Below, in pieces: positions 27,003-41,019 of a DNA stretch of 64,000 nt. The stretch's first letter is position 1, and each line of letters starts with the position of its first letter. A program made the position numbers and the translations under genes. The DNA comes from Octopus sinensis (Eukaryota). Location: the NCBI RefSeq assembly GCF_006345805.1, contig NW_021832231.1, positions 806,001-870,000 of the forward strand. The letters run 5' to 3'. Below the pieces are notes generated by a model. It was not told where the DNA came from. It ran no database searches and saw only the letters and a program-made list of their open reading frames with translations.

Positions 27003-27489
27003 TTGGGGAATCACGTTTTAAAATTATTTTAATATCTTTTTAAAATATATTCAAATTAATTAAATAAATTATTTTAAATTAATCTGAAATTAATTCACTT
27101 AAATTTGCTTCAAATCTTGAAAATGATATAAATTGAGACTTACTAAGAAAACATCTGATCAAAGTGACCAAATTATTTTACTCGGTCAGTGAATACGTCA
27201 CTATTTGGAGAGAAAAACTCGATTTATTGTACTCTAATACTTTGGTACATTTTCAAAATAAATACTAAAATACTTAAATTTTGGCAAAATAAAGCAATTA
27301 CTTTGTATGTTCGACTGTGAAAGATTTAAATATATATCGGATTGATAATGGGGCTGATCGAATAGCATGGAGTAGGCTAATCTTTCGAATGTGTTATTTT
27401 TTTAATGTTCAAATGACGCAGAGATTATTTTATTTTACTTAGATTAGATCGATTTTCTAAGCTTCATTATTTTTACCCATTCTATCTCT

Positions 27490-28460
27490 TTCGTTCTCAA
27501 ATCCCCCAAACTCTATCGGCGTCTCCGGCAAATACCGTCAAGAATCCCTAAAGCTGCTCGTTTTCTAGCAGCCATTTCTTTGTCCACGGCAATGGATGAT
27601 GCTTAGGTTTCTAATGAGCAATATGATTGGCTTAAGTTGTTCTGCTTTGCATCTTTCGGCCTTGTCTTTGTCTCATCCAGAGTCTGTAATAAAGCCTCTT
27701 CTTTGCTTGCTACGATCGTCAAATAAGAATTGGCCTCGTACGACGAGGACTGTTTTTCTCTTCGCTGGGTGCAGGCCTATCTCGCCAAGTCAGAGTTTCC
27801 ACCTGCCCAACTCGGGGTCGATGTCTAAAATGGCTGAGAGCAGCTGTTCATTCGATTCGTTAATTTGTCATATGGTTCCCCAAGCTGGTTCCCCAAGCAT
27901 CCATATGTCCGACGATGTTCCTATCTTTTCGTCCACCGAGGTCCAGCAGGGTGATCTTTTTGCTCTGCGCGTTAATAGTATCGCCTACTCTGTCCAATCC
28001 ACTATTCACATTTAGTACCTAGATGAAACAATCATTTTCGGCCCTCCCGATATTGTTTTCGACGACCTCCGCTCTATTCTCCTTTTCTTCTCAGACATCG
28101 ATAAATGCGGACAAATCCGAATTTGTGAACATTCATCTAAATCCAGGTCTGTTCACTGCCGCAACTTCCACATGCCGAAGTATTCTTTCCGACGTCAGAA
28201 TTCTCTTCAAACCGAATCTAACGATCTTTGGTGCTCCCATCGATTCTCAAGTACGGCCACCTTTCGAACGTGCTTTTTTACTCTAATTTCTTTGGAGTTT
28301 TCAAGGATCTTTGGCTCCAGACAGGCCGCTTTTCCGCTCGCTCAGTCGACGGATATCAAGGACGATTCTAGAAAGTCATCTTGGCTCTTAGAACGTCCAT
28401 GATCCGTGGGAATGGCTTTGCTATATGCGAGGCTGGCCAAGCGTCTCGTGAGGCTATTAA
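27490..28460 (+). mobile_element. Internally deleted CRE-like non-LTR retrotransposon
   Basis: RIPKAARFLAA...WLKLFCF; RT remnant EVQQGDLFAL...YLDE; LTIFGAPI; GC-richer than the flanks. Confidence 0.7.
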
Positions 28461-29034
28461 CTAATTAAATTCTAAAAATTCTGAAATCTGATGCGAATTT
28501 GTAGCGAATTATTTTATTAATTAGAATGATATTAACTGACAAATACTGCTTACGCCACTCAGACGACACATCAAACCTCCAAATACAGAGAGATTGTAAT
28601 GAAAAAATGCTGATTTATTTACCCCTTCAGAGCTATCAATTAAAGCAAATAATGGGCCAAAAAGCGCAGAATTTTACTGTTTTTGCAAAATAAATATTTG
28701 TTTTCCACATCCTTGACTATTTAATGAAAAGAAAACAAACTGGTGACAATTTGGTCGCTTAGTGTAGTACAATGCTAGATAATGATTACATCTGAGATAC
28801 AATCAAATTGTGAAGTGTATTTATTTGTATAAATCAAAAAATCAAGAAGGTGAAGGTTAATTTGGTTGTGTCAATATTGAAGATTACCCTCAGCTTCCAC
28901 TAACTTACGGAACTGAAATGTTTTTGGGAAATTCAATTGAATGCTAACAGATATAATAAGTATAAGGATGGCGAATAAGAGGAATTTGGCAACCAAATTA
29001 GTTATTTAAGTTAGTTAGTAAGTATTAGTATTTA

Positions 29035-31521
29035 TCAGTCAACTTGGTCGTTTTTGGCCAGCAAATACTCAGCCTGGATTTTATAGAGCAATATGAATAC
29101 CAAATAGTCAATGGGGTCATCTGGCCTTAATTTGCAACAGTTTATGAGTGCTTCAGTTAAAGTGGGCATCACGTGACTCATTAAATAATTTCTCAGTGGG
29201 ATGGAACGTGTTTGAATTAATTCCCTTTCCTCTGTCCTCAAGTCGTCTAGTTTTTTATTCTATTTGTTTTTGATCTAAAAATCATAAACCCATTCGGCAA
29301 TTTTGAATCTTCTGGAATTTGCTTCTTCTATTTTTTGGACTTCGAGTGCTTCGATTTCTTTTTGTACTGTTTTTTCTCGATTGATCGCTTCCTCAATCCG
29401 AAGACGTTCGATCTCCTGCTTTGACGGACCTGGTTAGATAACCGTAAATATTTATTTCACCATAATTTCGTGGTCTTCCAATTGTGTTCTGTGCTACATG
29501 GAAAATGGCAGTTGGGGACGTTAGCTCGTCACTCATGACATCTACAAATGTCAAAAATATACCAAAACCTATATTTTTAGGAATAATATCCAAATCCTCA
29601 AAAAAGGTGACGACTGACTGTTCCAGAGTATTTGTCGTTCGATAGCTGCCAAGTCGCCGTTTGAAGTCTTCCTCGTTGAGATGTGTGTTGGCAACCATGG
29701 ACTCGGGAAGTTCCATTATCCGGTTTTGCAGGAACTCATCCGATCCTTCAAGGTGAATGACAAACTCGGGAATGAAATTAGGCTTTGACGGATATGCCAT
29801 TTCTTCTTCATTTTCTTGGTCTTGAGATTTATATAAGTTAACAAAAACCTCCAAAAAGAAGTTGAGCCTGATCAGTGTTCTTAGGAAATCCGTCAAGGAT
29901 AAATCCTTGATTGACGTTTCCGGACGTTTTTAATTTTCGTTTATAAATATTCACAAGAATTTCGTCAGTCAGGCGATTACTCTCTTGAAGACACTCAGAG
30001 ATATCCTCCATTAACTTATGAACATCCGGTTCCTCGGTCTCTTCCTCTTCTTCCTCCTCTCTTTCCTCGTTGCTCCTGGCAATTTGTGTTTTCTATTGAA
30101 TGACAAGAGAAATATGCCACCATTGCTTCAATTTCCTGTTCTATCACTTCATTTACGACCAAATGGTTGATTTTATAGTAAGACGCTAGTTTTCTAGATA
30201 GTGTAGTCTTGCCAACTCCAGGGGGTCCCAGAACTGCTATTTTCAGTGGCTATTGGTTTTGTTTTATACGGATAACCATCAAACAGTGAGTGTTTCGATA
30301 CTCGTTGGTCACCAAGTCAATGTGTTCAACCAACCCAGAAGTTGCTTTCCATGAGAAATTCATCATTTCTCTAATCGAAAAAGCATCAACCCTCAAGTCC
30401 ATGAGTAACAAGTCATAATTCCATTGCTTTTTAACAAAACTGAGACCACCAATGAATACCTCCATTTCCTCGTCAAGCAGAGCGTCCTCTTTGGAGACAT
30501 ACTCCGGCTTGTACTTTCCAAATTTTTTTGCAATTGTCTTCACTGTGGTCTCCAGAGTTGTAAGAGATTCATCGACTGCGACAATATATTTTTGTTTGGG
30601 GGGTTTATCAATTACATTAAGAACCACACTAATCTAGTTTATTTCTCCATATTGATCTCAACTTGGAAAGATCCAAAACGTGAATTGTCGCCAACACGTT
30701 TTGACCATCTCCGTAAATCGGCAGGGGAAGGTTGTTCCAGGCACGCTGTGTTGTCATTCATTGGTGATACCTTAAAAAATAGATGAAAGGCGTGTTCTCC
30801 ACATCCGTAAACCAATCCACTAGCGATTACATAAGATGAAAATTGCTTTGACTAGAAAATTGAAAATGTTACAAAATACAGATTTTCCTAATTTCAAAAT
30901 GGTTTTTTCCGCCATTAGATGTTTTTTGAAATTGATGTGCGCTTGTCGCCTACGGTAATCTTCTTCGGTGAAGGCCAACTCGGGATCATCCTACGAGTAT
31001 TTATATTTCTAAGGGTCACGGGATCCAAGGATTTTGTCCTTGCCCACGTCATTAATGTGGAGATTAGAATGTAGACTCTCGAGGAATCCACCTTCCCAAT
31101 GTTTGCTTGTATGTCTATGGAATAATGTGCTAAGTGGTTTACATTGGGCTACTTCTACAGCCTCGTCAAGGTCGTTTGGGGATTCAGATATGTCATACAC
31201 GGTGTACTCACAGTCCAACACATTCTCAAAAAAATCTCCTTTTTTTTGTTTCTTAAATTTTTTATTGTCTGTGAAACTTTGAAATATTCTGAGATTGGTA
31301 GGTTTTTCGCCATTTTATCATAGGAAGTGCAAATTTTGTAGCACAACTCGGAGTTTTGTTTTGGTTCTTCAACGTCATTTTCTTCGTCTTCCTCAATCCC
31401 ATTGGCAGATTGCCCCGGTACAGCCTCGGACAGGAACTGATGATTTAAATCTGTATACTTTGGCCAAATTCATTCCAATGAATGTTGTCACATCATTGAT
31501 AAAGATTCGGGGAGTTGCCAT
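29035..31521 (-). CDS. AK7: Adenylate kinase 7 (NAD-binding-like N-terminus, AK domain, Dpy-30 motif)
   Basis: RIFIND..., [23 protein letters not shown]-loop [14 protein letters not shown], and [39 protein letters not shown]. Confidence 0.93.
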
Positions 31522-31859
31522 TCTGTTTTAATTTGTATTGCTTAGTAACTATTTCTATGTTTTTATCAAGAAAAATAGTTCATTGAAAAATAATTTAATT
31601 ATAAAATTCATTTCAAAGTCTTAATCTATACTCAAAAATCCGAAAAAGAAATATTTGAGACTAAAAAAGCAAAATAAATCATAAGATGTTAAAAATCTCA
31701 TCAGCCTTGTTTCAATAGATAATCTTTCAGACCACTTATTGAGGGGAAGTTGTCTGTGCTTGTAATCATGTTCGTATACATTAAACATATATCTATTTAC
31801 AAAATCAACAAATTAAAAATATGTAAATAAGTGTATTCTATCATTTCTCATAAAACACA

Positions 31860-32650
31860 TATGGCCACAATTGCGGATTTTGTTTCTCGAAAGTAAAAAA
31901 TTAACAATTCGAAGGAATTGACACTAAAGGAACTAAAGCAAATTTAATTTGTAGATTTGATAAAGCAAAATTGAGAAGAAACCTTTGGATACAATTTTAT
32001 ACATGTCTTTCAAAAGTTCATATCTCAAAAAACACAATGAAATCGTTAAGTGCTTGCAATTGAATATGTGCAGGAAGTTCGGAATTTAAAAAAGCACAAA
32101 GTTTAAAACCATCTAGTCTAATCTATTGTAACCAATAAATTTTTCGAAATAAAAATAGATACAACAATTAAAACTGTTGTTTCTACTTACTTTGTCAATG
32201 ACAAAATTAGAAAAACGATTACTCTTTTTGAGATTAAAAGAACTTCCCAGAGTCGCTTGAAACAGGTAAGAGTGGAGAAAATGAACAAATACGACCCGTT
32301 AGCAAGCAAACTGGGTATTATTCATAAAGAAAACGTTGAGATAATTCGCTTGGCACTTATATGTGACGGTATTGTGTTTACTTACTACAAGGGCCAGCTC
32401 AATTGGCAAGAAATAAAAAAAAACGAGGGCTTACGATCTGTCGTCTTGCGAAAAACTATGGAAAGTATACAAGTGAACTTTTCGTCCTTTCTACAAGAAA
32501 AAAAAGTAAAGCTGAAGAAGAACTCAGAATCTTCTTTTCAAATTGACAAGCGTCTAATCTGGCCTTACTGGATTCTAAGGGAAGAAGGTTGTGTACAAAG
32601 TCAAAAGAAAAATCAAAAAAATTTAATATTCGTCATTATTTTAGAAATGT
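31860..32650 (+). mobile_element. Decayed R2/NeSL-like retroelement (REL endonuclease end)
   Basis: EIKIDTTIKT...ITLFEI...VRVEKMNKYDPLASKLGIIHK...DGIV. Confidence 0.65.
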
Positions 32651-33585
32651 ATGGATTAATCAATAATTTTATGACTACAGTTTAAGATAAACTCTCAAAA
32701 GTTATTTATTAACTTAAAATCAACCGTATTTGATAAAAAGAATAAATTCTGACAATTATTTCTTAACTCATTATCCCTCAACGACAGACATTTACTTCAG
32801 AAGCCGACGAAAAGTTAAAATTGCTTCCGTGAGGCTAAAATCAAAAGGGTAAGGTTAAACAGTAAAAACTACAACACTAAGTTTAAAGAATTAAGATATG
32901 TCATTCATTATTTGAAGACCATTAAAATAAAACTATTTCTTTTTTGCAAAAATTAAAAATATCAAAAAAACCAAAATTTCAAGAAATAATCACATGTCAT
33001 GGTAGGTTTTTTTAATCAATAAATAATACTTATTTATTTCCCTTGAATTATATTCAATGATTTAGTTTTCAATATTTGAACGACAGTTCGGCTGATACCC
33101 TCGTGATAAGCCAAAGACATTGTACTATAGAGTGGACTATTTTCGTAGCGAACTAGCAACACTCCGCTGTGAGTGAAATGACAAAATTAACAGATTTTCT
33201 GATGTTTTATTGTATTAAAACAACTCATTTAAACAATTGGGTAAAAATGTATTACAATGCCAACCTTAACTGAGAGGTGCGACGAAAAGAGAATGAATAA
33301 TCGAATCTATATCCAGCGTGTCTCATTAGCTATCTTCCGCAAAAACTGTTTTGCAATTCAACCCAAAAAGGCTGTCCTTTTTCTTTGTTGAATTTTATGA
33401 TTCAAAATAAAATTGTTTTTGAAAAATCTAGAATTGCAATCTTCTCAATACTTATTTTCTCACTATAAAACATAATCGAAACAATAACTTCCTCTTCTAA
33501 TTGTCTATAAACTATCACAAAAAACAAAAAAACTACAAAATATTGAAAATATATTAGTTTAGAAAATTAAGCAACACCCATCCTG

Positions 33586-34922
33586 TTAACCGCCCAATAA
33601 CTTATGAATATACGAGGGTCCGTTCTCCGCATAGTTAGTCTTGGTCATCCATGCCGAATCCTGATCCCTAAGCACACTCGCCAGTACAGACGCCCCCTGA
33701 TACACCAAATGCTTCCGATAGGGAGGATCATTTATGTTAATCGCACATTTCTGTCATTCCACTCAAAAAACCAACTATGTTTTTTTGATCAGTCGACAGC
33801 ACCAGACTGGAGTAGAGATTCTTGATGTCTGTCTCCAGTCGGCTCGGAAGACCAGGGAACATAGTGGTCCCCCCGGAGAGGTAGATATCACGATACAAGT
33901 CAGATCGAATGTCAATGTCACATTTCCGACTCAATTGAACAACAAACCTGAATTGACTCGAAAACAAGTTCTGGTAGTCCTTTCTTCTCAATGTCAATAA
34001 TTTCTGGATGGAAAAGAATTTCCGTGGCCATGAACCGCTCCTCTTCCACCGAAATCCTCCGTCCATCAGGCAACTTTTATATTATCAAAAGATTACTGTA
34101 AATTTCTCTAAAACTACTGTAGTTTCCCGGGCTAATTTAAGTTCTTTGGACAAATCCCCCGCCACATAACACACAGCTTCCTTCATTTCGGCAATAGTCT
34201 GGAAATCCGCAGAATTGTCAATGTTGTATCCACGTAGTTGCAACAACTTGATTAGATGGGATGAAACATTCCTTCCTGCCACATTCAGTCGGTCAATAGC
34301 CCTCGGGAGGGAATATCCTTCATACACAGGGCACACGTGAGTCACTCCGTCCCCCGAATCCAGGACAATCCCCGTATATTTGCCTGACATCATTAATAAA
34401 GAACACCCTGGGAGAACAATGTCATTATGGCCTGCAGACCTATGTAGAGTCCACGGAATCCAAATTGCTCGAACATCATCTTAGAAATTAACAAATTCCG
34501 CTATTTTGACCTCAACGGTGTTTTCGCGGTTTTTTAATGGAGATCCCGGGGGTTCGGTGAGCATAATTTTGTACTGAGGACAGTCAATGTTGAGACACTC
34601 GGGCCCAAATGCGTATTCGTAGACCAGACGGATGTCCTCCCAGTCACGGACATGCCCACATTCCATGGGGTAGTTAAGAGTTAAGTGAGATCTCAGTCTG
34701 CTGGCATCCCAGCCGAACATAAGGTCCTATTTTAGGGGTTTTTGAGTTACGTTGATGTTTTGGACTTGGCCTTTTACGTCTGCTCGGATTGCAGGACGGC
34801 CTACTACGCAGGGAAAGTTGAATGTGGGAATATTTGAAGGGGATAACCCGCATTTTATATACTGAAATTTTATTGTGGTGACTAACCCCAGTTCCGGTGT
34901 CACAGACCACAACGCCGCTCAT
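33586..34922 (-). CDS. ACTR2: Actin-related protein 2
   Basis: [40 protein letters not shown]...[34 protein letters not shown] and [16 protein letters not shown]; seven introns of 22-31 nt. Confidence 0.93.
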
Positions 34923-36759
34923 TTGGACAAAGAAAAATTTAAGTGTTTTTATTTTATTTAATTTTTGTATTTATACAAATTTAAATAAACTAATATTTAA
35001 TTTACATATTTCAGGTTTCATTGTTTTTGTCAGTTATCTGTAAATATAAACAATAAAAAAGTGATCAAAGTATTTATGATGATAAAAAAGTACATTTAAT
35101 AACTAATGGGCTGTAAAAATGACACCTATTGTCTCAATGCCCACAATGAATCCCCTTCGTGTGCAGACAAAGCTCTGACTGGTCCCCTAGTTGAACATTT
35201 CTTAAAGCACTGTGGAGTCGGAAAAGCTTCCTACTCAGTTATAGGCGTTGACCGTGTATTGAAACGTGGGTAAAATTTGTAATTCGTGTCAATGCTTTTT
35301 AGCACAAATTCTTCTGTGTTTAGATTCCTTGAATCAATTCAAAAATATTTTTATCAATAAAATGACCAATAATATAAAAAAGAAGACGCAATCTCTTTTA
35401 TATATTTCAAATAAGGAGAATAATAACTATCATTATGTCGTTTGATTTCTTTTTAATAAAGAGGCCCCTCAAAATTTTAAGGTTTTGGCAGATTTTTTGT
35501 CTTACTAATGAATTTGATTATTGACAACTCGCTAGTTTATAGTGAGTGTGTATGAGGTTTATCGCATTATTAAAATTTATCAAAATTTTTAAACTTTTAC
35601 CACTTTTTGAAATGTGTAATTTTATTATGTACTAATGTGCGAAAATTCAAACAGAAATCGGTTGGGCTAATGACGTAGCTCTATTACACTAATATCTTTA
35701 TTGTCTCTCAATTAAGATATTTATTTGCGTAAAAGTTGGCTCAAGTAATCTCCAAAAAGGACGTGAAACACAAGTTTGTGGTAATAAATTGAATAAAAAA
35801 GTTTTGCTCATATGAGATTTATGAACTATTTAAAATCAAGGTCCTACGCGTGGAATACTACTGATTATAGAGGATCTGCTTGAAACAGCTCAGACATTTT
35901 TCAGTTTGAATTGTTTGACTCAATGTAAGTAATGTGAATGTTCTAAAACTACGCGGATACTCCGAATTGTAAATACAATCTGAAGTGCTATTCAAATAGC
36001 ACGGCCTCTTCGATTTGAAAACGGTCGTTCGATTTAAATGAATTTTTTATTTGGAATTAAAATAAATTTTAAACACTGCATGTCAACAAATGTCACAAGA
36101 CTCCTTATTTAGATTAATTTTTTGACTATACCGAATATTTTTTTTATTTTACCTCAGAATTACGTGATTTAAAAATAAAAAATTCACAACTAATTAAGTA
36201 ATCCCAAACTTGTTTGGGTAGTTTTGTATTTTGACTGTTATTGGGTATTCGCGATGATTTTTGACGGAAGAGTGTTACAATATATCTAACTTATTGGGCT
36301 AAACTTTTACAGAGGGCTTATATTTATATAGAAACCCTGAAACGAATATCAGCAAGTCTCCAAATTAAATAGATTTTACTGAAATAAGACAATTTATAAA
36401 AATTGTCTAAAATGTTTTACAATCTTGATAATACGATTTAACTATTTGAAGAAATCAAAAAAATACTTAAAAAATTATTTTTAAGATACTGCCAAATGAA
36501 AACATAAACTGTAAAAATCAAACAAAAGAAAGGAATCATTGACCACGAATTAGTTAAAGATTATGTTAACATGTGGCTTGAGCATTGTAAATAGTTGCAA
36601 CAGTCACATGCAGTTTTTACATTTCATAGTATAAAAAATAATTTTTACATTATTTCTAAAATCTAAATATTTTGTTTTCTATATTTTTTTTTTGTTATCA
36701 AAGTTTTTTTTTTTTAACAGAGTAATAAGTATTTAATTACAAGTTAATTAATAAAAGCT

Positions 36760-37547
36760 TCATGGGCGGGAAGCCGACGCGATCGAGAAAGAATTAGAGC
36801 GTACTATCGCAAGGGATATCCGCTCGAAAAACCATCTCAATTCGCGGGCGTCGCCTGTGATAGCAGACATGCGGGACCCGATCTCCTGAACGAAGCTGAT
36901 TGCCTTACTGCCCAAGGAACCGGAAGTCTCAACCGCGAATGGAAGGATTGGAACTTCTCCGTAAGTGAGGAGTACTTCCGCATCTTTTTGCATTCCAGGT
37001 GCGGAGGCGGACATCACCAGGTTCTGAGGCGAGAAAGAGTCCACACACGTGGCATCCCAGGTGAGAGGCTTCCCCCTGTTGAAAGGAAACACAGTTATCC
37101 CGTCAGGCCTTTTTCCGTCCCCCCGATCGATCCCAGTGGGTTCAAGCAGGGAGGGGATTCCGGCGACTTCCAGGGCTCTCCTGATAAGGTCGTTAAGAGC
37201 GGCGTGACGCGGGATGCGGCCAGCACTGCGTCTGCACGATAGAGTGTGCAATCCAAAGCGACAGATTTTCGCGCCACAGCGGCAGACATGTGGCTCGCAT
37301 AGGCGAAGACCGAGACGTAACAAATTCCAGTCCGTACGGACTCGCTGTCAGAAGGTCCCAATGCTCGGCAGTGGAGTGGCATTTACCAGGCTCCGCTGTG
37401 AGGGTGACATGCCGTCTTAAAGCAGGCCAAGCGGTGTTGGTCGAGAGATTAACGTAAAGATAGGATTCGGGATTGTAGGCGGACTTCGTCCCAAACAAAT
37501 TGCTTATACTGATCCTCTGGGATTTCCAGTCCTAGCGAGTGCCACTT
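36760..37547 (-). mobile_element. CRE-like non-LTR retrotransposon 3' portion
   Basis: Zn knuckle C-x-C...H-x3-C, RHAALND, KRPDG...WDATCVD, FAVETSG and ERISLAIVRSN (restriction-like endonuclease). Confidence 0.85.
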
Positions 37548-38031
37548 TATATTTGAACACCATAATTTAATATTACAAAATCAGCAGTAATTTTTTAGGA
37601 ATTAAAACAGCTCGAAAACTTCTTACTTAACTAATTTGTACAAAAATATATCCAGAGGATCAAGTTCAGACTGTAACTTCGCGTCCTTAAAGTTTCTATT
37701 GACCTGGTAGATCCTTTTTTTTCGCAATAAGACGGTTTACTATTTTTTGCTCACGCTCGATTACAATTTCATTTCATTTTTTAACTTTGATTTAAAAAAT
37801 TTCCTTTTAATTATCCTATGTAAAATTTAATAATCTAGGAACTGGGAAATAAATTTGATCACATTTCCTTCCTTTCAAACCATACAAAAATAGGTCAAAT
37901 ATTAAGTAAACTGGTCTGTCAATTATGTTAATAGACTAATCATTATAAATAAATTATCTGTAAAGTTTTTGTCTGATCATGCCTAAAATCGATTAAAACG
38001 GCTTAGAAACATGTAAAAATAAAACATTTAT

Positions 38032-38576
38032 TCAAATATTTTCCATATCAATAAAATGTCTCGATATATTGACATTAAGATAAACCATTGCGTGAATACT
38101 AATCACCACAAAAGTCACAAGGAGATAACAATAAAAGACCCCGTCCACCGTCAAATAATAAAACAGCGGAATGAATGCAGCACACAATATCAAATAAGCA
38201 CCAAAATAGGATATTCCGCCTAAAATAAAGCACAAATAATCAACACATTTGACAGTCCCAGTCTTTATCAGTATAGAGACGTAGAAGCATGCAATAAGAT
38301 AAGAGGTCACTGCTATGAGTACCAGAGGGCGGGAAATGCTAAAATAATATTTAAAAATGTGTTTAACAGTATAAAAGTAGCCAAAATGAAGGCGACTACT
38401 GCATAGTTTCCTATAAAGTCTTTGACGTTGTTTTTTATTCTCAGAGCGAGGTCACGGAAAGAAAGTGGGGGACGAGTCATGTTTGAAAAAGAAAGAAAAA
38501 GACTCCAAGGTTTGACATTTCCGTTCTCACTGTCAAAAACTGAAGGAGAAAGATGACTTAGAGGAGAAACAAACAT
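38032..38576 (-). CDS. PRA1 family protein (prenylated Rab acceptor)
   Basis: VKPWSLFL...RIKNNVKDFIGNY followed by hydrophobic segments and IHA motif; one micro-intron. Confidence 0.8.
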
Positions 38577-38820
38577 TAAATTCGGAATTAAATATTTTAT
38601 TGTCAAATTAATTAAATTTTAAATATTATAAAATATACATTAATTAAATTATACGCAATTTCGAGTCGTAATATTTTAATTTATTGATATGATAATTTTT
38701 TTATTTAATATTAAAAAATTATAATAAAAATAAATAGCATTTTTGAAAGAACGATTATATTTTTTCACAATATATATTTACATTTTATATAAATAATAGT
38801 CTTGAGATACCACATTTTCT

Positions 38821-39895
38821 ATGCTTTGTGATTCCATAATTAGGGAGGCAGAAAGTAGTCTAAATGCATTCAAATACTACGAAGCTCACCAATTATATAA
38901 AACAATTTATTTAAGGTAATAAAATATGCATAAATACTAAAGATACAAGACCAAATTAATGTTCATACAAGTCGAGCCGATAATCTACAAAGCAGCCATG
39001 GAACTACTAAAAAAAGACCAGCAAATGCTCGGAATTGACCTAGCCATGTTATACATTGAAAACCTTTCCAAATCAGTACCACAAATCGAATCGATTCCTC
39101 AAAACAAAATTGGTTTTCCACAAAAAATGAATTTCAGAGGACATTAGGACTATTCTCAGTCTCATGAGGCACACAAAACGTGAGGAATTCGTGTCCAGAC
39201 TGATTAAGTGGAGTTCTCTCTACAAAGAGGAGCCGAGTCACGGCTCCCCGAGAATCCACGAGCTTGTTGGTGATATGTTCTTTCTCGGTCATTTATTTTT
39301 ATTATTCCAGAAAAAAATTACCAAAAAACGAGATTTCATTTTCTTCACTCCTCAAATAGCCAAAAAACTGCTAATTTTTTGGCCGATTTCCACATTTCCA
39401 ATGGATTGAGTGGGGAAGTCGACTTGTTGGTGGCTCAGGCCGTCCTACAGTAAGCAGCTAGCAGTCACCTCTCAGACAACTCTGCATGAGTCTAAAAAGT
39501 ACAGCGGAAGACACTTTTTTGCACTATTTGGAAGTTCATCCAAAGTTGGGAGGTGTCTTTCCTTATAAATTCCCACTTTTTAATCTACTTCATTTTTTAT
39601 TCCGCGCTATTGAGATGTTGGAGTTTTTTGGTCAGAATTATGATTTAGGAACGACTCGAAGGCATTTTCTGTCCTGCGGGCAAAGTATAGTGTCGAGTTG
39701 AGTCGGGATCCTGACTACCAGCAGTACTTTGACAGGATTGGGCAGATCTATTTTGGCCTGTCTTCTCCCGGGAGACCGAAGAATATGATGGGTGAGTCCA
39801 TTGGTCATTTTGTAGACATGTTGTTCGGCAATTTGATGGGTGGGGAAGGGCAGTCTGCAGGGAGTGTTGTTCCTGATTTGGACGATGTCGATTAA
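38821..39895 (+). CDS. GET4: GET4/TRC35 (tail-anchored protein targeting)
   Basis: YYEAHQLYKTIYLRY, GIDLAMLYIE, IKWS...HGSPRIH, EVDLLVAQAVLQ, PLFNLLHFL and RDPDYQQYFDRIGQIYFG. Confidence 0.92.
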
Positions 39896-41019
39896 CTCTA
39901 TAACCTTGTTACATTAGTTCATTACACAATAAAAAATTAGAGCTTATTAGTTTTTGTTGAAAGGATATCTTTTTGGCTCACGGGGGTTGATTGGAGGCTT
40001 TTAAATAGTCTCTTCTAAGGCTTTGTTTTTTATTTTGAGTTTGGTAGCACGTGTGGTTTGATAGTGGTACCTTTCTCAAAATTTTTGGTGGCATGGATGG
40101 CACTCTCATATCCACGGGAAAGTCAGAGATGTAAAACAGGACAGTCGAGTCAAAAAAGAAAAACTAAAGAACATTTGTTAAAAAATCGTTCATTCACGAC
40201 GCTTTAAAATTTTGTGAACTTTTTGAGGGTTCATGAATATCCTCTTCGATGCTAGATTGTGAGTTGTGAACTGGAGGAATTCGTGTCCTATGTAAGACTT
40301 TGAATGTTCATGAATATCCTCCTCGATGCAAGATTGTGAGTTGTAAAACGAATCCATCTGATATGTAATTGGAGAAAAACCTTATGATACCCACGAGGGG
40401 CGTTTACACAGCATAGTTGCAATACAACCCTATTGGTTTACGCGACATTCCTCACTTCTTATTCCAAAAGGAATTTGTCAGAGTTTTACTTTTGAATAAA
40501 TCTTTGTGCTTAGATTTTTTAAAAAGGTTTTGAAAAATTGAGACAAAAGTCGTTGCTATGTCCATAGATACAAATATAGTATTTAGGGGATTAATATGCT
40601 TCAAGACTCGATGATTCTTGAAATAGGAGAAAAATAAAAATGAACTGGGGAAAATGGGTTGCTTAAGGTTTATTTTGTCAAGGAAATGGTTTTATGAAAG
40701 ACTTTGAGTTGAATTTTGTTTGTTTTGTTAAATAAAATAAAAATGAGTGTTATAAATTTTATCGCCCATAATATTCAACTCTGATGGCAATCCAACTGTT
40801 GAAATAGAAATTGAGCAGTATTTATTTAATAGCCTTTCTGTGTCTTAGATAAACTCGATGTAGATTAAAAAAGTTTTATTTATCAAAGAGAAATAATATG
40901 TCGCGAGCCGAGAGTAAAACCGAGCCGAGACTGATAGCATGACAGCTTCAAAACACTCACAGTTCACTATCAAATAATAATCCACGTTAAAATAATTATG
41001 TTAGCCTAATAGCCCAAAT

